Shown: one piece after another, positions 33,535-43,632 of the stretch
How positions within the stretch are numbered: position 1 is the first letter of the stretch
How the letters are laid out: every line of letters begins with the position of its first letter
From: an uncultured Methanomicrobiaceae archaeon
GTDB lineage: Archaea; Halobacteriota; Methanomicrobia; Methanomicrobiales; Methanoculleaceae
Reading direction: 5' to 3'
Assembly (NCBI GenBank): GCA_963826525.1
Contig: CAWGXH010000004.1
Span: 800,001 to 864,000 of the forward strand
DNA length: 64,000 bases
Program-made: the position numbers and the translations under genes
The notes under the pieces: generated by a model
Databases searched by the model: none
Seen by the model: the letters and a program-made list of their open reading frames with translations, nothing else
What the model was told of the DNA's origin: nothing

Positions 33535-33876
33535 TTACTTGATGTACTCTTCGAGGGCGGTCTTGCCGTAGACGTATGCCGGCATCCCCGCAAGCAGGAA
33601 CGCGACCCGCAGCCCCTCTTCGATCTCTTCCTTCTTCACCCCGAGATTCTGGGCGCCGGCCATCTGTGCGCGGACGGCGTGCCGGTCGCGGAGCGAGGCG
33701 GCGATAGCGATGGCGATGATCTTCTTCGTCTGCCGGGAGAGGGCGCCGTCGTCCCAGATCATCTGATCGAGGCCCATCACCCTGTTGTAGAGATCAGGGT
33801 TCGTATCCTTGAGATCTTTGAAGATCGCGGGAACCTTTCCGATCTTCTCTTCAAGGTCCTTGAGTTTCTCTTCCAT
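33535..33876 (-). CDS. Carboxymuconolactone decarboxylase/AhpD-like protein (no cysteines)
   Basis: 'DGALSRQTKKIIAIAIAA', 'GVKKEEIEE','AGMP'. Confidence 0.8.
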   Translation of the reverse strand: MEEKLKDLEEKIGKVPAIFKDLKDTNPDLYNRVMGLDQMIWDDGALSRQTKKIIAIAIAASLRDRHAVRAQMAGAQNLGVKKEEIEEGLRVAFLLAGMPAYVYGKTALEEYIK

Positions 33877-33884
33877 TCTTCCAT

Positions 33885-34010
33885 TCACTCCTGCAGTACC
33901 ATCGGCTCGCCGCAGCAGACGAGTTCGCCGCCGCCGACCTCTTTGACTTCGACAACATTTCCGCAGATCTCACAGAGGTAGACCTGCCCTACAGCAGATA
34001 CATTCACCAT
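33885..34010 (-). CDS. Desulforedoxin-type FeCys4 small protein (41 aa; absent from ORF track)
   Basis: Hand translation [41 protein letters not shown]; CxxC...CC motif; SD GGTGA upstream. Confidence 0.92.
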   Translation of the reverse strand: MVNVSAVGQVYLCEICGNVVEVKEVGGGELVCCGEPMVLQE

Positions 34011-34069
34011 TTCTATCACCTCGTTATACCGGGGGGCGAACCCGCCGTGTAGGCGGGTGCTTGCCCGGG

Positions 34070-34309
34070 TTACTTCTTATAACTTTTCCTCTCGGGGGGG
34101 TGTTGCACGTCTTCGACAGTCTTGATGTCGGGTCTGATGTGCGTCATCGGGAAGCAGTCGTAGGTTTCGCAGGCGCAGGTCGGGCACCTGACGAGATCTT
34201 CATCGACTTTGTCGAGGCGGATCTCCCGGCCGCAGTCGACGCAGATATATCGCCCCGGGCCAGGTTTTTCTCCTGCTTTCACCTGTTTCTTTGCTTCTGT
34301 CTCTGTCAC
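34070..34309 (-). CDS. Small zinc-ribbon protein
   Basis: '[16 protein letters not shown]...CPTC'. Confidence 0.75.
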   Translation of the reverse strand: MTETEAKKQVKAGEKPGPGRYICVDCGREIRLDKVDEDLVRCPTCACETYDCFPMTHIRPDIKTVEDVQHPPERKSYKK

Positions 34310-34446
34310 TCGGATTCACCGGACCGAAGATGGCTTTCTATTGCATTTATGTGTTGTGGCTATCGGCTCTCCGGTCTCCCTGCCGCTCTGCGGTTAACCG
34401 GGACGACCCGAATGCTATTAATAGGGCATCGGTCGATTCCGTATCT

Positions 34447-35055
34447 ATGCCGCGAAAGATCATTGCACTCCTTGGGAGCCCCCTCATGGAGGGAAATACA
34501 GCAAAACTCCTCGAACAGGCGATCAAGGGGGCGGAGGATGCAGGATGCGAGGTCGAGAAGATCCCGGTCTTTCACCTGCAGTTCAAGCCCTGTATGGAGA
34601 TATTCTACTGCATGGAGCACGAAACCTGTAGAATACAGGATGATATGACCGGCATGTATCAGAAGTTCCGCGATATGGACGGCCTCATCATAGCCACTCC
34701 GGTCATGACGATGGGTATCCCCGGCAAGCTGAAGATGTTCATGGACCGTTTCCAGGTCTTCTACATGGCAAAGTACTTCCGGAATAAATCCTTTATATCA
34801 TCTGAACGGCGCAAAGAACGCAGGATGCTCTTTATCTCCATCTCTGGGATGAGCATCCCGGATGTCTTCGAGGGAGCGAAGATCACGGCCAGAGCATTCG
34901 GTGAGATCATCGACTGCCCGTACTGGGACGAGGTGCTGCAGAACGACATGGATACCATCAGGGATATTACGACGAAACCCGACGTGATGGAGGCGGCATA
35001 CGCGAAGGGCTATGAACTCGGCAGAAGGCTGGTTTCGACGGAGGGGAGCTCCTGA
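34447..35055 (+). CDS. Iron-sulfur flavoprotein 3 (three-Cys variant)
   Basis: 'LLGSPLMEGNT', CMEIFYCMEHETC, 'DGLIIATPV', 'FMDR'. Confidence 0.88.
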   Translation: MPRKIIALLGSPLMEGNTAKLLEQAIKGAEDAGCEVEKIPVFHLQFKPCMEIFYCMEHETCRIQDDMTGMYQKFRDMDGLIIATPVMTMGIPGKLKMFMDRFQVFYMAKYFRNKSFISSERRKERRMLFISISGMSIPDVFEGAKITARAFGEIIDCPYWDEVLQNDMDTIRDITTKPDVMEAAYAKGYELGRRLVSTEGSS

Positions 35056-35101
35056 CGAACCACGCCGTATGAGCACTCCTCCGATCGGCAGGCGCTATTC
35101 T

Positions 35102-35968
35102 CTACTTCTGCCGCTCCGGTTCGATATGCACGACGACCTCTTTGAGCCCGGATATCTCCTCCCTCATCCGCTCTTCGACCTCGACGGAGAGGCCGTGGGC
35201 ACGGTCGACGGAGATCTGCGGGTCGACCGTGATGTGGATGTCGGCGAAGAGTTCTCCCGGTTTTCCCCGGCACCGAAAGTTGTGGCAGCCCTGCACGCCC
35301 GGGATCGCCATGACAATCCGCCGGACGTCATCCGTATCACAGGGAAGGTTTGCCGAGTCGGCGAGTATCTCCGCGGCGTCGTAGAGGATCGTAAGACCCA
35401 TCTTTGCTATCAGTATCCCGATAGCGAACGCGATGATGGGATCGGCTATCTGGAATCCGAGAAGCACCGCACCGAACCCGGCGAGAACGGAGAGGGAGAC
35501 GTAGATGTCGCTCTTCGTGTGGGTTGCATCGGCGATGAGGATCTCGCTGCCATATCTCTCTCCCATCTGCCGTTCGTACCGGTAGACGATGACGGTGACG
35601 ATAAGCGCCGTGACCATGACCCCGACCGTCACCGGCGTGATATCGGGTGATGCCGGATGCACCAGCCGGTCGTATCCTTCGGATATAATCCAGTACGCCG
35701 TCAGGAGGAGCATGGCTCCGATGACGAGCGTCCCCAGCGTCTCGAACTTGCCGTGGCCGTAGTGGTGCCTGGCGTCGGGTGGGTGGGCGGCGATGGTGAT
35801 GGCGATGAGCCCGACGACGTTTGAGGTCGAGTCGAAGGTGGAGTGGAGTGCGTCGGCGACCATGCTCACCGAGCCTGCCAGGAGCCCGAATACAGCCTTT
35901 ATCACGGCTACGAGAATATTCAGACCGAGTATGAAGAGAAGTGTCCGTTGCACCGGGGTGCTCTGCAT
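35102..35968 (-). CDS. Cation diffusion facilitator (FieF-like)
   Basis: 'ADALHSTFD', 'PPD..HHYGHGKFE', 'ADATHTKSD', 'VVVHIEP'. Confidence 0.93.
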   Translation of the reverse strand: MQSTPVQRTLLFILGLNILVAVIKAVFGLLAGSVSMVADALHSTFDSTSNVVGLIAITIAAHPPDARHHYGHGKFETLGTLVIGAMLLLTAYWIISEGYDRLVHPASPDITPVTVGVMVTALIVTVIVYRYERQMGERYGSEILIADATHTKSDIYVSLSVLAGFGAVLLGFQIADPIIAFAIGILIAKMGLTILYDAAEILADSANLPCDTDDVRRIVMAIPGVQGCHNFRCRGKPGELFADIHITVDPQISVDRAHGLSVEVEERMREEISGLKEVVVHIEPERQK

Positions 35969-36087
35969 CGACTGGTAAGATCGCCCTGCACCATATGAGG
36001 GTTTCTGCGCCGCGGCGAGGTGGGACGAATAAGATGCGGTGCAGGAAGGGAAGCCTTTAATACGGTTATCTCTGAAAAGAGATTCTT

Positions 36088-36588
36088 ATGTCCACTGAAG
36101 AGAATGCACAGAATGCGTATGCGGGTGAGTCGCAGGCCAACCGGAAGTATTCGGCATTTGCGGAGAAAGCCGATGCGGAAGGCTATCCGAATGTCGCAAA
36201 ACTCTATCGTGCAGCGTCCGATGCGGAAGCGATCCACGCAAAGCGTCTGCTCTTTATCCTAAACCAGGTCGGTAAGACCGAGGAGAACTTAAAGAAGAGC
36301 ATCGAGGGTGAGAACTACGAGTTCACCACGATGTATCCGGAGTTCGTCGCAGAAGCTAAGGAGGAGCGGAAGAACGAGGCGGCGATCGTCTTTACCCATG
36401 CCATGCGAGCGGAAGAGGTGCATGCAAATCTGTACCTCCAGGCACTTGAGAGCATCAGGAACGGTGGCGACCTCGAGGTGGAGGCTGTCTACCTCTGTCC
36501 GGTCTGCGGCAACATCGAGATCGGTGCGGCACCCGAGAAGTGCCCGATCTGCGGCGTACCACAGCGCATGTTCCGCGAAATAAAGTAA
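36088..36588 (+). CDS. rbr: Rubrerythrin
   Basis: 'AGESQANRKY', 'AEAIHA', 'GENYE..MYP', 'EEVH', C-terminal CPVCG...CPICG. Confidence 0.95.
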   Translation: MSTEENAQNAYAGESQANRKYSAFAEKADAEGYPNVAKLYRAASDAEAIHAKRLLFILNQVGKTEENLKKSIEGENYEFTTMYPEFVAEAKEERKNEAAIVFTHAMRAEEVHANLYLQALESIRNGGDLEVEAVYLCPVCGNIEIGAAPEKCPICGVPQRMFREIK

Positions 36589-36706
36589 TCATCTCACTTT
36601 TTTCAGGTATTGGGGATAAATCTGCCTCCGGGAAGCATCGAACCCGGAAAATGGGTATGGAACGGTTCGACATCATTAAATAGGGGTCTTGTGATAGATC
36701 CGAACC

Positions 36707-37876
36707 ATGCCATCCGTTGAGCCATCCGTTACGGTCTATTCGACGAAAAACTGTCCTTACTGCCGTATGGTCAAAGCATTCCTCGATAAGCACGGCGTCT
36801 CCTACCGGGGTATCGACGTCGGGGAAGACCGTGAGGCCGCACGGGAGATGATACGACTATCCGGCCAGCGGGGCGTTCCGGTCACGACCATCGGAGACGA
36901 GATGATCGTCGGGTTCGATGCGAGGAGACTCAAGGAGATCTTCGGCACGGAGGTGGCCGATGAAGTATACGACACGATCATCGTCGGTGCAGGCCCTGCA
37001 GGGTTGACGGCTGCGGTCTACTGTGCCCGGAAATTGCTCAAGACCATCGTTATTGCGGAGAATATCGGCGGGCAGGCGACGTGGAGCTGGTCGATCGAGA
37101 ACTATATGGGCTACCGGATGATCACGGGCGAAGAACTCATCAAAAGGTTCGAGGAGCAGGTGCGGGGACTGCATATCAGCCTCGAGCTCGACAGCGTGCA
37201 GGAGATCACGCAGGAGGGCGATCTCTTCCTCATCGGAACGGTCTCGGAGAATCTCTACCGGGCGAAGACGGTCATCATCGCTGCCGGCAAACAGCCGCGG
37301 ATGCTGGGGCTTCCCCAGGAGAGCGCCCTGATGGGGAGGGGCGTGAGCATCTGCGCCACCTGCGATGCCCCGCTCTACAAGGATAAGGCCGTGGCCGTGG
37401 TCGGCGGCGGCAACTCCGCACTCCAGGCAGTGCTCGAACTTGCCGGGATCGCACGGTCAGTAGTGCTGATTGTACGGAGCGCCATCCGGGCCGACGAGGT
37501 CTACCGGAGACAGTGCGAGGAACTCGGGATTCCGATCTACCTGCACCACGATGTGACGGCGCTCTCGGGCGACCAGTTCCTCACCGGCATCACCATCGTT
37601 GATCGGGAGACCGGGAAGGAGACCGAGCTCGCTGTCGACGGCCTGTTCCTCGAGATCGGGCTCGTCCCGAATACCGAGTTCCTGCACGGCTTTGTGGAAC
37701 TGAACGAGAGGCATGAGATCATGGTCGACCAGAACACGCACACGAACAGGGACGGGGTCTACGCGGCCGGCGATGCCACCTGCATCAACGCCAAACAGAT
37801 CATCGTGGCGGCAGGGGACGGAGCCAAAGCGGCGCTTGAGGCGCATGAGTATCTCCTGAGACACCGGGGCGCGTGA
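36707..37876 (+). CDS. Glutaredoxin/NrdH-thioredoxin reductase fusion
   Basis: N-terminal CPYC...GQRGVP domain; TrxB part 'GAGPAG', 'CATCD', 'GGGNSA', 'AAGD'. Confidence 0.9.
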   Translation: MPSVEPSVTVYSTKNCPYCRMVKAFLDKHGVSYRGIDVGEDREAAREMIRLSGQRGVPVTTIGDEMIVGFDARRLKEIFGTEVADEVYDTIIVGAGPAGLTAAVYCARKLLKTIVIAENIGGQATWSWSIENYMGYRMITGEELIKRFEEQVRGLHISLELDSVQEITQEGDLFLIGTVSENLYRAKTVIIAAGKQPRMLGLPQESALMGRGVSICATCDAPLYKDKAVAVVGGGNSALQAVLELAGIARSVVLIVRSAIRADEVYRRQCEELGIPIYLHHDVTALSGDQFLTGITIVDRETGKETELAVDGLFLEIGLVPNTEFLHGFVELNERHEIMVDQNTHTNRDGVYAAGDATCINAKQIIVAAGDGAKAALEAHEYLLRHRGA

Positions 37877-37943
37877 TCGGCTCGGCGGCTCCCCGGCACA
37901 CTCATCATCCTGCAGGGTCAACACTGTAGCGGAAGGTGACCGG

Positions 37944-38261
37944 TTGGACGTTCTCTATATCATCACCGAGCTCATCGGTTTTGTCATGCTCGCTCTCGGC
38001 TACCTGATCCGTTTCCGGGGCCAGGTGAATCTGATCGCCGGCTACGACGAGAAAAGGGTGCGGGATCCGGAGGGGCTGGCACGCTTCGTCGGGACGAATC
38101 TCCTGCTGCTCGGCGTCGGTGCATTCGTGGTTCTCGCTCTTGAGTTTCTCTTCCCCGAGTATGCGGTGCTCTTCTTTGTCGTCTACGCCCTCGTCGCGGT
38201 TCCGCTCGTCAGCCTCCTGACCGTGCGTGGTTCGAGCCGCTATGAAAAGCCGGGACAGTGA
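37944..38261 (+). CDS. Small membrane protein (DUF3784-like)
   Basis: Three hydrophobic segments with 'NLIAGY'. Confidence 0.7.
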   Translation: MDVLYIITELIGFVMLALGYLIRFRGQVNLIAGYDEKRVRDPEGLARFVGTNLLLLGVGAFVVLALEFLFPEYAVLFFVVYALVAVPLVSLLTVRGSSRYEKPGQ

Positions 38262-38288
38262 GCGTCCGGCATGCTAAAAAAGAGAGGG

Positions 38289-38798
38289 TTAGTCGAGCGG
38301 CGGGAGGATACTCGAAGTAGTACGCCCAGTTGCTCCCGCTGAACTGGGATGCGGACGCCGGTATAGTAGCCCTCGAGTCCTGCGCAGCCCATCCATGCGG
38401 TCTCGCTCTCTCCGTTCCGTGAGACGACCGCATGGGCGGCGATATAGATGGTATCGCCTTCTCCGGGGATATCGTCAAGCGGAATCACCTCTTTGACGAT
38501 ATGTCGTTCCGAGGCCTTCCTGCTTGTAGGCGAACTTGCCCGGAATCGGGTTTCCTTTCTTGGTCTGCGGCAGCAGGTCGGGGTCACGTGCGACTGCGAG
38601 GTGCGTCTCGGTGAACTGCCAGCCGTTCTCCGTCTGATACTTCACGATGAGATTGGTGCCGTCGTTCCAGACCCAGACCTTCCCTGCAGGGATGGTCTTA
38701 CCGGCGTTCAGCGACGGTGCGATTGCAGATGCCGTTCCCACCACTGCGCTGACGAGGAGCAGCAGGGCGGCGAGCCGTATAAGGGTGTGCCTGTTCAT
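38289..38798 (-). CDS. Secreted hypothetical protein (indel near 38500; 3' end uncertain)
   Basis: Signal peptide MNRHTLIRLAALLLLVSAVVGTASA; 'GNPIPGKF', then 'IYIAAHAVV...ETAW...NWAYYF' in the next frame. Confidence 0.7.
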
Positions 38799-39074
38799 AG
38801 TGTTGTCCCCCCTTGGAACATGCCCGTGAATGCAGGTTGTGTATATAAATCTGCCGCAGGGTTCCAGGGAGCCTGCCCGTTCATGGAGCCCTGTTCGCGC
38901 TGCATGGGCTGCCCGGGTATGCTTATTTCAGAATTATATTATTCTGCGTATATTTCAGAGAATTGCGCTTATTCTCCGTGCGGATAGAGCGCTGAAAAGA
39001 GCGTGGCAGGGGTTTGTTGGAGACCCCCAGCGTTCTGCCCGGGCGGCGAACCGTCTGTCTCCGAAAGTAGGGGG

Positions 39075-40546
39075 TCAGGCTTTCCCGGCGTCCTTCTGCT
39101 CCGCATCCTTCTTCCGGTATCCCTCGAGGAGGAGGGTTGCGAGGTTCTTCACCGGCACGTCGGTGCAGTCGGCGATATGAAACTCGCAGAAGGGACAGAT
39201 GGTGGTGACGACGTCGGCACCGGTCTTTCTGATCTCTTCGTCCCGCTTCGCCCCGAGTGCCGCCGCTTCCTCCGGAACGCCGGAGCGGACGCCGCCACCG
39301 GCCCCGCAGCATTGCGACGGCATCTCCACGAACTCCCGGACGACCTGTCGAAGGAGTTCCCGGGGCTCTTCGCTGTATTCCCTGCCCCCGTAGCAGGTGG
39401 CAGGGGTCGTGGTAGGTGGCGGTGATATCGAGCTTCGCCGGCGGCTCGATGCCGTACTCGGTGAGCACCTCGGAGATGTCCTTCACGACAAAAGGTGTCT
39501 CGTAGTCGTTCTTCAGTGTCGCCCCGCACCCGGCGCAGATGGTCATCACCGTCGTAATACCCCGGCGGACGAATGCGTCGATGTTCTTCTGTTTCAGGGT
39601 CGTCGAGGAATGCCGTCTGCCCGGTGCGGAGGAGGGGAGAGCCGCAGCAGACCTGATCGTGGGGAACGATCACCCGGATGCCGTTCCGTTTCATGACCTC
39701 CATGGCATCAAGCGCTGTTTGCGGCACCCGGCCGTTGAACATGCACCCGACGAAGAACCCCACCTCGCCGCGAACCTCGCCATCAGGCTCGATAACTTCG
39801 GGCACCTGCTCAAGGAACGTCGGCTGCGTCCTGGCGACGCTCCGCCCCGTCTCCTCCACCATCTTCGCCACCTCCTGGTGGCGGGGCAGCGTCAGGCCGC
39901 GGCGGTTTGCGACCTCGCGGAGCTTCTCGATCGCTTTCCCCGGGATATCGATATCCTTCGGACAGACTTCCACGCACCGCTTGCAGGTGGTGCAGAAGAA
40001 GAGTCCCTGCTCGATCGCCTCATCGATCCGATCCTTCGTATCCCGGGGATCGAGGGCGAGCCGCATCTGCTGCCGCAGGATGGTCGGGCCAGCGAACTCT
40101 GAAACCTGCAGTGCCGGGCAGGCAGAGACGCACGATAAACACTCGATGCAGTTTCTGAGCGGTTTTATTGCCTCGATCTCCTTTCTGTCCGGGAGAGCGG
40201 CTCCCTCGCCGGACGAAATCCAGGCTATCTTCCGGAGCACTGGCTCCATATCCACGACGAGGTCTTTCTGCACGGGAAGCGCGAGCGGTTCGATCGTTAT
40301 GCCATCCCGCGCCTCCTCCATGCAGGCGAGCACCGGTGTTCCGTCCACGCGGACGGCGCAGCTGCCGCACTGGCCTGAGCCGCAGCAGTAGCGGTAGGAG
40401 AGCGTCGGGTCATGCTCGTCGCGGATGGCGTGCAGCACGTGGAGCACCCGGGCGCCCTCATTCACCTGCACGGTATAGGTCTCGAAGTAGGGTTCCTGGT
40501 CGACCGCGGGATCGAACCGTGCAACTCTGGCTGTGATCGTCTTCAT
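39075..40546 (-). CDS. tfrB: Thiol:fumarate reductase subunit B (indels near 39600 and 39370)
   Basis: 2Fe-2S 'CGSGQCGSC', two 4Fe-4S motifs, CCG domains 'QVCCGSP', 'YHDPCHL', 'CCGAGGG', 'TICPFC'. Confidence 0.92.
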
Positions 40547-42171
40547 GCCACAACCTCCTTTCGTTCAATCCCCGCATCGTGGAGAGAGATGTAGGTATGG
40601 CCGAACGGGGATGCGGCCGGCTCCCAGGCCGTCGTCACGTCTTTCCTGACGTGAGCGCCCCGGTTCTCTGGCCGGAGCAGGGCGGATCTGACGATCAGGG
40701 ATGCGGTGGTGCACATGTTCCGGACGGTACAGCAGTCGATGATGTTCGCCGGCGAGGCTGCCCGGAGCGGCAGGCTCTCGAGGCGGGTGATCGTGGCGAG
40801 CGCGGCGTTGAGTTCGTCTGCCGTCCGGAAGATCCCGGCGTGGTTCCACATGGCGAGTTTCAACTCGCGCCGCACCACGGCAGGGTTTGCCTCGCCATCG
40901 AGGAACGCGGAGAGCCGGTGTTCCAGGGCAGCGAGCCGGTCGTGATCGACATCCTTCGTCCGCTCCGGCGCCTTTCCGGCAGACTCCCCGGCACGCTTCC
41001 CGAAGACCTGGGTGTCGGCAAGAGCGTTGCCGCCGAGGCGGTTTGCTCCGTGAACGCCGCCGGTAACCTCGCCGCAGGCGTAAAGGCCGGGGATTGTCGT
41101 CCGGCAGTCCGGCGTTATCGCAAGCCCGCCCATAATATGGTGGGCGGTCGGCGCGACGACCATCGGCTCGCGGCGGATATCGACGCCGAAGGCCAGGAAC
41201 TGTTCAAGCATCACCGGCAGGTGGGTCTCGATCTGCTCGGGCGCAAGGTGCGTGACGTCGAGATAGACACCGCCGTAGTCGGTGCCCCGTCCTTCCAGGA
41301 CCTCGGTGGCGATCGCCCGTGCCACCACGTCCCGGGTGGAGAGTTCCATCCGCCCGGGGTCGTACCGCTCCATGAACCGCTCGCCGTGGGTATTCAGCAG
41401 GAATCCCCCTTCTCCCCTGACCGCCTCGGTGACCAGCCGTCCCCGGGCGTCGTAGGGGTAGACCGCTCCTGTCGGGTGGAACTGCACCATCTCCATATCG
41501 ATCAGCTTCGCTCCCGCACGGTAACCGAGGGCGAACCCGTCGCCGGTCCCTGCGGCGGAGTTCGTGGAGATATCATAAGCCTGCGTCCCGCCTCCGGTGG
41601 CAAGGACGGTGCTGTCGGCCAGAATGAGAGTGGGATCGCCGCGCCGGTCGAGAGCAACCGCGCCGGTGACGCTCCCGTCCTGGGTGAGGAGATCGACGAC
41701 GGAGTACTCGTTCAGGACAGTGGTATCCGTACCGTCGAGCCGTTCCATCAGGGTTGCCATGATCTCGTGCCCCGTCCGATCACCGGCATAGCAGGTGCGG
41801 GGGAACCGCTGCCCGCCGAACGGACGCTGGGCAATCATTCGATCGTCGGTGACGTCGAAGACCGCACCCCAGCGGATCAGATCGGCCATCCTCTCGGGTG
41901 CCTCCCGGGCCAGCACCTCCACGAGCGCAGGATCGTTGAGATAGGCACCGCCGCGGAGCGTATCCTCGCGGTGAACCTCGCAGGAGTCCTGATCCCGGAG
42001 CACGGCGTTGTACCCGCCCTCCGCCATCGTCGTGCACCCTCCCTTTCCAGCGATGGTCTTTGAGACCAGCACTACGTCGCCGTAGCGGGATGCCTCGATG
42101 GCGGCACGGACACCCGCACCGCCGCTTCCGATAACCAGAACATGGCACCCTGTAACCTCGCTTGCAAGCAT
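40543..42171 (-). CDS. tfrA: Thiol:fumarate reductase subunit A
   Basis: 'IGSGGAG', 'GCTTMAEGG', 'QFHPT', 'TEAVRGEGG', 'HGANRLGGNAL'. Confidence 0.95.
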   Translation of the reverse strand: MLASEVTGCHVLVIGSGGAGVRAAIEASRYGDVVLVSKTIAGKGGCTTMAEGGYNAVLRDQDSCEVHREDTLRGGAYLNDPALVEVLAREAPERMADLIRWGAVFDVTDDRMIAQRPFGGQRFPRTCYAGDRTGHEIMATLMERLDGTDTTVLNEYSVVDLLTQDGSVTGAVALDRRGDPTLILADSTVLATGGGTQAYDISTNSAAGTGDGFALGYRAGAKLIDMEMVQFHPTGAVYPYDARGRLVTEAVRGEGGFLLNTHGERFMERYDPGRMELSTRDVVARAIATEVLEGRGTDYGGVYLDVTHLAPEQIETHLPVMLEQFLAFGVDIRREPMVVAPTAHHIMGGLAITPDCRTTIPGLYACGEVTGGVHGANRLGGNALADTQVFGKRAGESAGKAPERTKDVDHDRLAALEHRLSAFLDGEANPAVVRRELKLAMWNHAGIFRTADELNAALATITRLESLPLRAASPANIIDCCTVRNMCTTASLIVRSALLRPENRGAHVRKDVTTAWEPAASPFGHTYISLHDAGIERKEVVA

Positions 42172-42231
42172 CTTATTAGTCTGTGCGTTGTATAGTATCT
42201 TAATATAATTGCAGGAATTGAGTGAGCCAGA

Positions 42232-43632
42232 ATGAGGCTTTTAATGAAATTTGGCGGCACATCCGTCTCAGATGGGGATTGCATCCGGCGGGTTGTGGAT
42301 ATCCTCGAACCTTACCGTAACGATGGTGTAGAACTGGCCGTGGTCGTATCGGCATGCTCGGGGATAACCGATCAGATCATATCGGTGGCAAACGAGGTGG
42401 TAAACAGCAGGGATAACCCTCCCATCGAGTCGTTTATCCACGCCATGCGTACCCGGCATGCGAGGATACTCGAGCAGGTGGCACCCGATTACGTGGAGGA
42501 GGTGACCGCGGTCATCGACGACCGGCTCGGCCAGCTTGAGAATATTCTGAGCGCCGTATACACGCTCAAGGAGCTCACTCCCCGCTCACGGGATTATATC
42601 ATGACCTTCGGAGAGCGGTTCTCGGCACCGATCGTCAGTGCCGCCCTCCGGCAGCGGGGGATCCCGTCGGTCGCTCTCGACGGGATCGAGGCCGGGATCA
42701 TCACCACCCCGCATCATGGTGATGCACGCGCCCTTCCTGCAAGCGACAACCATATCCGGAGCCGGGTCGTCCCCCTGCTTTCGGAGACGGTTCCGGTCGT
42801 TATGGGCTTTATGGGAGCGACGGAGCAGGGGATAGTCACGACGCTCGGCAGGAGCGGTTCGGACTACTCGGCTGCCGTCATCGGCAGCGGCATCGATGCC
42901 GATGAGATCTGGATTTGGACTGACGTCGACGGCGTCATGACCTCCGATCCCCGGATCATCAAAAACGCTCGGGTGCTCTCCGACGTCTCCTACCTCGAAG
43001 CGATGGAACTCTCCTACTTCGGCGCCAAAGTCCTGCATCCGCGCTCGGTCGAACCGGCGATGCAGAAGGATATCCTCGTCCGGGTGAAGAACACCTTCAA
43101 CCCCGCTCACCCCGGCACCTGCATTCTCCGCAAGGAGCACCTGGAGAAACGCGTGGTCAAGGCGATCTCGTTCATCGAGAAGGTAGCGCTGATCAACATC
43201 ACCGGCGCCCAGATGATCGGCCGGCCGGGCGTGGCGAAGGCGATCTTCTCGTCGCTCGCTGAGCGGGAGGTTAACGTGATGATGATCTCGCAGGGCTCGT
43301 CCGAAGCGAATATCTCCCTCATAGTCGATGAGTCGCACCTTGAGGTTGCCATGGATGCACTCTCCCCCCTCGTCAAGCAGGGAGTCGTCCGGGAGGTCAC
43401 CTACGACCGTGACGTCGTGGCGGTGGCGGTCGTCGGGGCGGGTATGGCAGGCACACCCGGCACCGGCGGAAGGATCTTCACGGCTCTCGGGAGAGCCGGG
43501 ATCAACGCCATGATGATCTCGCAGGGCTCCTCGGAGGTGAACGTCTCCTTCGTGGTGAAGGGTGGCGACGGGAAACGCGCCCTCCAGGTGCTCCACGACG
43601 AGTTCCGCCTCTCGGAGGACTGCGATGAGTGA
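42232..43632 (+). CDS. lysC: Aspartate kinase
   Basis: 'MKFGGTSV', 'TTLGRSGSDYSA', 'WTDVDG', two ACT domains 'SQGSSE'. Confidence 0.96.
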   Translation: MRLLMKFGGTSVSDGDCIRRVVDILEPYRNDGVELAVVVSACSGITDQIISVANEVVNSRDNPPIESFIHAMRTRHARILEQVAPDYVEEVTAVIDDRLGQLENILSAVYTLKELTPRSRDYIMTFGERFSAPIVSAALRQRGIPSVALDGIEAGIITTPHHGDARALPASDNHIRSRVVPLLSETVPVVMGFMGATEQGIVTTLGRSGSDYSAAVIGSGIDADEIWIWTDVDGVMTSDPRIIKNARVLSDVSYLEAMELSYFGAKVLHPRSVEPAMQKDILVRVKNTFNPAHPGTCILRKEHLEKRVVKAISFIEKVALINITGAQMIGRPGVAKAIFSSLAEREVNVMMISQGSSEANISLIVDESHLEVAMDALSPLVKQGVVREVTYDRDVVAVAVVGAGMAGTPGTGGRIFTALGRAGINAMMISQGSSEVNVSFVVKGGDGKRALQVLHDEFRLSEDCDE

